DNA from: an uncultured Candidatus Saccharibacteria bacterium
Lineage (GTDB): Bacteria; Patescibacteriota; Minisyncoccia; Phycocordibacterales; JAKAEA01
Direction: 5' to 3'
Assembly: GCA_964577595.1 (NCBI GenBank)
Contig: CAZNZK010000002.1
Span: 150,163 to 214,162 of the forward strand
DNA: 64,000 nucleotides
The position numbers were made by a program, and so were the translations under genes. A model generated the notes under the pieces. It ran no database searches. It had not been told where the DNA came from and saw only the letters and a program-made list of their open reading frames with translations. This document shows, one piece after another, positions 57,105 through 64,000 of the stretch; position 1 is the stretch's first letter; each line of letters begins with the position of its first letter.

Positions 57105-58451
57105 ATGGCTGAAACGAAGCCCGAAATGGCGGATGATCAGAAACTAGCGACCGAAGCGCTCTATAAGCAGAACGCGGAACTGGCGGTGCGCAATAAAACG
57201 CTCTCGCTTTTGCGAGCGCTCTATCAAATCAGTATTTTAGCGCTGGAGCCCGAGCCCTTGGCGGAAAAAATCGTGGCGGCGGTGCGCGGAGGGTTGGATT
57301 TGGAACTGGTGGGCATATTGCATTTTGACGGGGAAACGGATGCCCTTACGCCCGTGCGCTTCGCCCTTTCCGAGCGGCTGGTAAAAAGCGAGCAGGTGGC
57401 GGGCGTGCAATTGGAAACTATCTCCATTATGCCGCTTAAAAACAGGCCGTTACTTGCGGAGGTAGTGGCAAAAAGTGCCACGGCACCCACTCTGCAAATC
57501 CCCGAAGTGTGGGACGGGGCAGTGTCGCCGGCAGCCCTTGCCTCGCTCACTGAAAGTGGTCACATCAAAAACCTTTCCGCGTATCCTCTAGTCATCAATG
57601 CCCATACTGTGGGCATTTTGCTTATTGGTCTTAATCGCGCTTATGACACATTGAGTCAGTTTGAGCGCGATTCACTGGAGAATTTGGCAATTGTTACTGC
57701 TGTTGCTTTAGACCGCGCGCAATTGTATCAGGATTTAAAAACCGCCAACGCCGGTCAGGAAAATCTCTTGCATGTTATGAATCACCAAATCAAGGGCTAC
57801 TTGGGCAAGGACCGCGACATCTTCGCGGAGCTTTTGAACGGCGATTATGGCACAATGCCGGAAACGGCTAAGCCACTTCTCACTGAAGGCTTGGACTCAA
57901 CCACAAAGGGCGTGGGCTACGTCCAGGGCATTCTCCAGGGCGCGAGCGCGGCCAGTGGTGTTCTATCCTACGCTATGGGCGCAATGAATTTGAAAGAGGT
58001 GGTGGCCCGGCTTATCGCGGAGCAGGAGTCGGTGGCAAAAGGGAAGGGCTTGGTTTTTGAAAGTAAAATTGTCGACGGCGACTATTCCCTGACCGGCGAT
58101 GCCACCCAGCTCGGCGAGGCTCTACGCAACTTGGTTGAAAATGGTATCAAATATAATACGCCGGGCGGCAAGGTGATGGTGACGCTCGCACGCGAAGGCG
58201 GTCAAGCGGTGTTTTCCGTTAAGGATAACGGCGTTGGCGTGGCCGACGATGTAAAAGCGAAACTCTTTACCGCCGGCGGCCGCAGTAAAGATTCCACAAA
58301 ATATAACCCAGAAAGTTCCGGCTTCGGCTTGGCTTTTGTTAAAGGCGTGATTGATAAGCATGGTGGCACGGTTGGTTGGAAGGCGAATGTCGGTGAAGCA
58401 GGAACTACTTTTTTCGCGCGGGTGCCGATGGAAAAAAATACCAAAAATTGA
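57105..58451 (+). CDS. Cytoplasmic GAF-domain sensor histidine kinase
   Basis: Coiled coil, GAF, NHQIK H-box, NLVENGIKY, DNGVG, SGFGL; no TM. Confidence 0.88.
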   Translation: MAETKPEMADDQKLATEALYKQNAELAVRNKTLSLLRALYQISILALEPEPLAEKIVAAVRGGLDLELVGILHFDGETDALTPVRFALSERLVKSEQVAGVQLETISIMPLKNRPLLAEVVAKSATAPTLQIPEVWDGAVSPAALASLTESGHIKNLSAYPLVINAHTVGILLIGLNRAYDTLSQFERDSLENLAIVTAVALDRAQLYQDLKTANAGQENLLHVMNHQIKGYLGKDRDIFAELLNGDYGTMPETAKPLLTEGLDSTTKGVGYVQGILQGASAASGVLSYAMGAMNLKEVVARLIAEQESVAKGKGLVFESKIVDGDYSLTGDATQLGEALRNLVENGIKYNTPGGKVMVTLAREGGQAVFSVKDNGVGVADDVKAKLFTAGGRSKDSTKYNPESSGFGLAFVKGVIDKHGGTVGWKANVGEAGTTFFARVPMEKNTKN

Positions 58452-58476
58452 CAATATCATAAATTATTGTTATTAT
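58448..58476 (+). promoter_or_regulatory. sigma70 promoter
   Basis: TTGACA-17bp-TATTAT. Confidence 0.75.
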
Positions 58477-58523
58477 TCAAGCAGATCAGAAGTTAAACAA
58501 ATTTTTATTTTTGGAGGTGTTCC

Positions 58524-59153
58524 TTGAGCGCAACCACAAAATATGTGGAAGAAATCTTCGCAGATGTGAAAACCGAATATGGTCAGCCGATGGAAATCGT
58601 CCAGCGAGTCGCCGTTTTATTGCTTGCCGAGATGGGTGACTACATCCCGACGGCTTTGGATCTTGGGGCTGGCGCGGGCAGGCATGCCTTGCCACTAGCC
58701 AGGGCGGGATTTTCCGTAACAGCCATTGATTCTCGTGATTGCGACATTGATCCACTCAATGGTACTGCCAATAAGGAAGAGTTGGCTCTGCGAGGAATTG
58801 TGGCCGATATTCGAGCGTGGCGTATTCCCAAGGAATACGACCTAGTTGTTTCCACGTTTGCGCTGCATTATGTGAGTCGTGAGTGCGGGTTGCGCTTAGT
58901 GACCGACATTCAATCCAAAACGCTCTCTGGCGGCTACAATGTTATTGCTGGATTCGTGGGTGGTGGTGATTTGTTTGACCTTGACTCTGCTCGCGAGCGC
59001 CTCTGGTTTTCGCCCATGGAGCTGTTGAATTTCTACCAAGGCTGGGAAATTCTGGATTATTCCGAGCACCAAACGCGGTGCCGCAAATGCAAGCCCGACG
59101 CTTCGCCAATGTTCAATGCGGCCGTCCACATTCTCGCTCGGAAGCCGCGGTAA
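58524..59153 (+). CDS. Class I SAM methyltransferase (TehB-like)
   Basis: ALDLGAGAGRHA, YDLVVSTFALHY, GGYNVI, Y.GWEILDYSE; GGAGG SD with TTG start. Confidence 0.82.
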   Translation: MSATTKYVEEIFADVKTEYGQPMEIVQRVAVLLLAEMGDYIPTALDLGAGAGRHALPLARAGFSVTAIDSRDCDIDPLNGTANKEELALRGIVADIRAWRIPKEYDLVVSTFALHYVSRECGLRLVTDIQSKTLSGGYNVIAGFVGGGDLFDLDSARERLWFSPMELLNFYQGWEILDYSEHQTRCRKCKPDASPMFNAAVHILARKPR

Positions 59154-59186
59154 AATTCTTCGATTTCCCGTGCTGTATCTTTTTTC

Positions 59187-59214
59187 AAGTCCCCGTTCCA
59201 GCGGGGGCTTTTTT
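59187..59214 (+). terminator. Intrinsic terminator
   Basis: AAGTCCCCG-ttccag-CGGGGGCTT plus T-run. Confidence 0.7.
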
Positions 59215-59266
59215 CATACCAGAAACACTTTGATTTTTGTCTAAAAGTGTTGCATCATAGAGGTTA

Positions 59267-60610
59267 ATGTCTAACAAATACCACAACCCGAGCGGCTTTC
59301 CGGAAAATTTGCCGGCAGAGCAAATCGTTGAAGAGGGGATGAAAGCGAAAATGCGCGCTGCGGCGGAAAGCTACGGCTATGTGCCGTTGGAAACGTCGGC
59401 CGTGGAGTATATTGAAACGCTTTCTTCCAAGGGAGAGATTGACAAAGAAATGTACACTATCGGCCGGGCTCTGGGTGAAGATGGTGGCCGCCACGGCGAA
59501 GGTGAAGGCAAGGAAGCCGACCGCGCTTTGCGTTTTGATTTAACCGTACCGCTAGCTCGTTACGTGGCCCAGAATTATGGTGAATTAGTTTTTCCGTTTA
59601 AGCGTTATCAAATCCAGCGGGTGTGGCGCGGTGAGCGTCCGCAGAAGGGTCGCTTCCGCGAATTCTATCAAGCCGACATTGACGTTATCGCCAATGAAAG
59701 CCTACCGCTCTATTTTGATGGGGAAGTGGTGGCCGTGATTGCTCGTGTGTTGGATAGTTTTGCTATCGGCAATTTCACCATTCATATTAATAACCGAAAA
59801 TTCCTGCAGGGTATTTTAGAAGGCTTTGGCGTGAAGGATATTCCGACAGCTCTGCGTAGTATTGATAAGTTTGATAAAGTCGGCGCTGACGCTACGAAGG
59901 CATCGCTCCAGAAAGAGCTCGGCATGAGTGAGAATGATGCGGGCAACTTGCTGGCGGTACTTGATAGGCAATTGCCGATTGGACAGGTTGAGGAATATCT
60001 CAATGATGTTTCTACGCAGAATGCGCTCATAACTGAAGGCAAGGCCGAAATTTTAGAGGTGGCGAAGTATTTGAAAGATGTTTCTGTGGCGCATGGAAAA
60101 TTTGTGTTTAACCCGCGTATCGCTCGCGGTTTGGATTATTACACCGCATCCGTTTACGAAACCACGCTTGATGGCCTAGAGAAATATGGCAGTATCGCTT
60201 CTGGCGGCCGCTATGCTGATTTGGCGGGGAAATTTATCAATCGCAAGCTTCCGGGTGTGGGTATTTCTATCGGCCTCACGCGCTTGTTAGAAATTGTGAA
60301 GCAGGAAAAACTAGCGAGCTTTGAAAAAGCGGCGGTAACGCGTGTGGTTGTTGGTCTTTTGAATGAAGAACAGCGCGGCGAGGCGAACAAGCTTGCGAAT
60401 GAGTTGCGCGCGGCCGGCATCAATACGGAGGTCTTCCATAACGGTGTCGCCGAGCTTGCCAAGCAAATTCAATATAAAGAAAAGAAGGGAATTCCGCATT
60501 TTGTGGTCATCAATACTGACGGCACGCTCTCATTGAAAATTGCCGCCGGCAAAGAAGAAAAATTCGATGATGCTAAAAAGTTCATTACGTTTATTGACAA
60601 GCAAAACTAA
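59267..60610 (+). CDS. hisS: Histidine--tRNA ligase
   Basis: LRFDLTVPLARY, WRGERPQKGRFREFYQAD, RGLDYYT, SGGRY. Confidence 0.97.
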   Translation: MSNKYHNPSGFPENLPAEQIVEEGMKAKMRAAAESYGYVPLETSAVEYIETLSSKGEIDKEMYTIGRALGEDGGRHGEGEGKEADRALRFDLTVPLARYVAQNYGELVFPFKRYQIQRVWRGERPQKGRFREFYQADIDVIANESLPLYFDGEVVAVIARVLDSFAIGNFTIHINNRKFLQGILEGFGVKDIPTALRSIDKFDKVGADATKASLQKELGMSENDAGNLLAVLDRQLPIGQVEEYLNDVSTQNALITEGKAEILEVAKYLKDVSVAHGKFVFNPRIARGLDYYTASVYETTLDGLEKYGSIASGGRYADLAGKFINRKLPGVGISIGLTRLLEIVKQEKLASFEKAAVTRVVVGLLNEEQRGEANKLANELRAAGINTEVFHNGVAELAKQIQYKEKKGIPHFVVINTDGTLSLKIAAGKEEKFDDAKKFITFIDKQN

Positions 60611-60684
60611 AGGTGTAGAACGGTAGTAGAAACACAAGTTTCGGATGTTCCGGCTTGCGTCACGGGTTCTAGAGGGAGTTTGTT

Positions 60685-61008
60685 ATGAATCGCATTTTAT
60701 CGCGTGGAAGCGCCTGGCGACGGGTTATTCTGGTGTTCGCCGTGTCTCTCGTTATGAATGGTTGCGCGGATCTCCGGACGTGCAAGATCGAAAAGGACAA
60801 AACCACCAGGCAAGAACTCATTGATCGTTTTGGTCAACCAAATGATAGGGTCGGCTCCGATGGTGGCTTTGGTGGAGAAATGCTTCAATGGGAACGTTTT
60901 GACAATGGTTGGGGCACGGGCAACGTCAGGCTGACTGTGCTCGTTGAGAACGGCGTCGTTGTGGGCTACACCCACGTTCACGACGGCGTGAACGACACCG
61001 ACTACTAG
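60685..61008 (+). CDS. Small lipoprotein (SmpA/BamE-like fold possible)
   Basis: Lipobox-like MNG|C, TRQELIDRFGQP. Confidence 0.6.
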   Translation: MNRILSRGSAWRRVILVFAVSLVMNGCADLRTCKIEKDKTTRQELIDRFGQPNDRVGSDGGFGGEMLQWERFDNGWGTGNVRLTVLVENGVVVGYTHVHDGVNDTDY

Positions 61009-61071
61009 GATTTTTTATTGTCAGTTACCTCGGCCGCGTCTTCATGGCGCGGCTTTTGCTATAATACTTCT

Positions 61072-63987
61072 ATGGACGCGACTAAAAATAGCGAGGGTTT
61101 GCCGGCTAAAAATCCGCAGGAGGAATTGGCGAATTTGCGGGCCGAGGTGGCGCGGCGCGAACAGCAGTTAGCGCAGGAAACGGCGCGGCCTTTGACGGGC
61201 GCAGAACGCGAGCAGGTGGCGGCTGAACAAATCCAACAGCATCAAGCGGCGCCTGTTGATGCCGTATTGCACCCGCAAGCTCAAATGCCTGCCGGGGAAG
61301 TGCAGGGAATTGTCCTTAAGCTTTCGCCTGAGCCGCACGATTCCAGGATGACGGAGCTTCTCACGGTGCTTACCGACAAAGGCATTAAAAATGCGATGCG
61401 GGTGGTGGAGGGGCTCAATGACCCACATATTCAATCTGATTTTCACCGGTTTTTGGTGCAGTATGTAAAGGGTAATTATCCCGTGCCAGGCCTTGCGCCG
61501 CGCTCGGCTCTTTTTGATGCTCTGCATATGACGCTCTATGAAATTTCCTTGCCGGATTCTGGTGGCCCGGAAGGCTCTGGTCAGCGGCCGCTCAAAGAGC
61601 TTGTTTCCGCCATGGAACAGCTCTACGCGGGCATGTTTCCTACAACCAGCAGTAAGGGTAAAAGTATTTTGGAATCACTTTGGCAGAGCACAGAAAGCTT
61701 GCCGCCATTTACGTTAGAAATCGCTAATTCCAATCATAGCCAGGAGGCGGTTGTGTATGCTGGCATTCCCGACGCTCGCAAGGACCTTTTTGAAAAGCAG
61801 GTGGTGGCGCTTTTTCCGCGGGCGCGCTTGAAGGAGGTTCCCGACGATTACAACATTTTTGCCGAGCCAGGGGAAATGATGGGGGCGGTGGCTACTCTGG
61901 ACAAGTTTCCCATTTATCCGCTCAAGATGTATGACAAATTTGACCACGACCCGCTCAATGTCATTTTGAATACATTTTCCAAGATAGAAAAAGAGAATGA
62001 GGGCGCGGCGGTGCAACTGGTGTTTCGTCAGCCTCGCGAGTCATATCAAAAGCAGTATCAGAAAATTATTGAGGGTGTTGCCCAGGGTAAGCCTATCAAA
62101 GAGCTTTTGCCGAAAAGCTTGGGTGAAGAATTTTTGAGCGGTGTCAGTGATATGATTTTTAGCTCAGGCGCCGCCGAGCAGAAGAAAAAGGAGGAAGAAA
62201 AAAAGCGCCAGATGGCCACTGGCGAACTGCCCAAAGCGCCCATTGCCGACCAAAATCTTCTGGCTGTTTTGCAGGAAAAAATCGCCGCGCCTATATGCGA
62301 GGTCGCTATTCGTGTGCTCGTTTCAGCCAATACACCAATGGCCGCGGAAGCAATTTTGACCCAGTTGCAATCAGCTTTTAGTCAGTTTGAAAACACTCTC
62401 GGCAACAAGCTTGTATTTAAAAAACTCACCGGCAAGAAGTTGGCGACATTAGCCGAACAGTTTTCGTTCCGAGAATTTCCGGAGGCAGGTGAAAAGAAGC
62501 AGATTTTGCCGCTTAATTTCAAAGAAGCGGCCACGCTTTTTCACTTCCCAGAGCGCATCGGCGGCTCAGCGCCCCAGGTGCGTCAGGCAAAGTCGGCCGC
62601 AAGTGCCGCGCCGGTGGATTTGCCTCAGCAGGGGACGCTTTTGGGTATTAACCGTTTTCGCAATGGCGAAACCAAGGCGTTTATCACTAAAGAGGATCGT
62701 TTGCGCCATTTCTACGTTATCGGCCAAACCGGCACTGGTAAAACCACACTCCTGAAAAATATGATCGTTCAGGATATTCAGCAAGGTGAGGGCGTGTGCA
62801 TGATAGACCCGCATGGCATGGACATTTTAGACGTGCTCGCCAATGTGCCCAAGGAGCGTTATGAGGACGTGATTTATTTTGACCCGAGCTACACGGCTCG
62901 GCCGATGGGTTTAAACATGCTGGAATTTGACCCGAATTTTCCGGAGCAAAAGACATTTGTAGTCAATGAACTTCTGAGTATTTTCAAGAAGCTCTATGGC
63001 GCGGTGCCGGAGAGCATGGGCCCGGCTTTTGAGCAGTATTTCCGCAATTCGGCGCTTTTGGTGATGGAGCACCCGGAGTCGGGCAACACGTTGCTGGATA
63101 TTTCTCGCGTTCTTTCCGATAAAGAATACCGCAAGCTCAAGCTGGCGCACTGTAAAAATCCGCTTATTCTGCAATTTTGGACTAATGCCGAGAAAACGAC
63201 GGGGGAGCAGGGCTTGGCCAACTACGTGCAATACGTCACGAATAAATTTGACGTGTTTTTGAGTAACGACATCATGCGGCCGGTAGTTTCCCAGGAGCAT
63301 TCGTCGTTCAATTTTCGCGACGTCATGGATAATAAGAAAATCTTGCTGGTGAATTTAGCCAAGGGTAAACTCGGTGACATCAATGCCAACCTCATCGGCC
63401 TCATTTTGGTGGGCAAAATCCTCATGGCCGCGCTTTCGCGCACCGATTCGTCCAGCATTAGTTTGCCGCCTTTCTATCTCTATATAGACGAATTTCAGAA
63501 TGTCACCACTGATTCCATAGCCACCATTCTTTCCGAGGCTCGCAAGTATAAACTTTCGCTCACTATCGCACACCAGTTTATCGCCCAGCTCCAAGAAAAC
63601 ATTCGCGATGCGGTTTTTGGCAACGTTGGCTCACTCGGCGTGTTCCGGGTAGGCAGTGCCGACGCGGAAATTTTAGTGAAGCAGTTGGCACCGACGTTTA
63701 CAGCGCATGACATCGTCAATATTGATAACCGCAATGCGTATCTTAAAATACTTGTGAATGGCCGGCCCACTACTCCATTTAATATTGAAACTCTGCCCCC
63801 GCCACCTGGCGATCCAAGCAAGCTTGATGCTTTAAAACAACTTTCGTATCTCAAATATGGTCGCGAGAAAGCGTTGGTTGAACAGGAAATTCTCGTAAAA
63901 TATAGAAAAATAGAACCCGCAACGCCGCCACCAGCTCCTGCTCAGGTTTCGTCTAATCCTACTCCCAATACCGCCGCAAAAGTGTGA
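61072..63987 (+). CDS. VirD4/TraG/HerA-like P-loop ATPase (CPR type IV secretion DNA-binding domain protein)
   Basis: DRLRHFYVIGQTGTGKT, IDPHG, YIDEFQN, SEARKY, HQFIAQL, FGNVG. Confidence 0.88.
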   Translation: MDATKNSEGLPAKNPQEELANLRAEVARREQQLAQETARPLTGAEREQVAAEQIQQHQAAPVDAVLHPQAQMPAGEVQGIVLKLSPEPHDSRMTELLTVLTDKGIKNAMRVVEGLNDPHIQSDFHRFLVQYVKGNYPVPGLAPRSALFDALHMTLYEISLPDSGGPEGSGQRPLKELVSAMEQLYAGMFPTTSSKGKSILESLWQSTESLPPFTLEIANSNHSQEAVVYAGIPDARKDLFEKQVVALFPRARLKEVPDDYNIFAEPGEMMGAVATLDKFPIYPLKMYDKFDHDPLNVILNTFSKIEKENEGAAVQLVFRQPRESYQKQYQKIIEGVAQGKPIKELLPKSLGEEFLSGVSDMIFSSGAAEQKKKEEEKKRQMATGELPKAPIADQNLLAVLQEKIAAPICEVAIRVLVSANTPMAAEAILTQLQSAFSQFENTLGNKLVFKKLTGKKLATLAEQFSFREFPEAGEKKQILPLNFKEAATLFHFPERIGGSAPQVRQAKSAASAAPVDLPQQGTLLGINRFRNGETKAFITKEDRLRHFYVIGQTGTGKTTLLKNMIVQDIQQGEGVCMIDPHGMDILDVLANVPKERYEDVIYFDPSYTARPMGLNMLEFDPNFPEQKTFVVNELLSIFKKLYGAVPESMGPAFEQYFRNSALLVMEHPESGNTLLDISRVLSDKEYRKLKLAHCKNPLILQFWTNAEKTTGEQGLANYVQYVTNKFDVFLSNDIMRPVVSQEHSSFNFRDVMDNKKILLVNLAKGKLGDINANLIGLILVGKILMAALSRTDSSSISLPPFYLYIDEFQNVTTDSIATILSEARKYKLSLTIAHQFIAQLQENIRDAVFGNVGSLGVFRVGSADAEILVKQLAPTFTAHDIVNIDNRNAYLKILVNGRPTTPFNIETLPPPPGDPSKLDALKQLSYLKYGREKALVEQEILVKYRKIEPATPPPAPAQVSSNPTPNTAAKV

Positions 63988-64000
63988 TATAGTGATTTTA

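Noticed and set aside
1-64000. CRISPR array, tRNA/rRNA genes, IS elements, integrase or prophage
   Set aside because: No spaced repeats, cloverleafs, rRNA motifs, transposase, integrase or phage genes recognised by eye
1-64000. Alternative genetic code (UGA=Gly, as in Gracilibacteria/Absconditabacteria)
   Set aside because: Conserved genes are full length under code 11, and TGA ends several genes (e.g. 9076, 12082, 58451)

Overview
This is a chromosomal segment of a Patescibacteria (CPR, Parcubacteria-like) bacterium read with the standard code. The assignment rests on no rpmD/L30 between rpsE and rplO, a trigger factor without its FKBP domain, a type IV pilus cluster, split comEC, a VirD4/TraG-like ATPase and mostly SD-less or leaderless genes. 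The window opens inside a diversity-generating retroelement (DGR): a DGR-type RT lies head-to-head with an unannotated avd-like gene whose ATG is put out of frame by a G10 tract. Next come tig, H+-PPase, nusA, pilB/pilC and minor pilins, tpiA, pgk, an unexplained ~360-nt structured RNA with its own promoter and terminator (14537-14894, minus), HIT, recJ, rnhA, a truncated PAICS-like purC-purE, comEC/sod/MBL and rpmB. The str-S10-spc superoperon follows and is interrupted twice, by an Lgt-like cassette and by a copper cassette with a candidate leader ORF and attenuator. The accessory region holds a Cys-rich pilin, a PEP-CTERM protein, speD and a cell-surface protein, plus an AT-rich island with a eukaryote-type protein arginine methyltransferase (PRMT) between a multi-TM sensor-like gene and a small helical protein, near a soluble GAF histidine kinase. 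Best leads: the PRMT module, the large ncRNA, the poly-G avd switch, the copper leader/attenuator, and an EF-Tu with a Planctomycete-like switch I. All calls come from motif recognition by eye; no searches were run.
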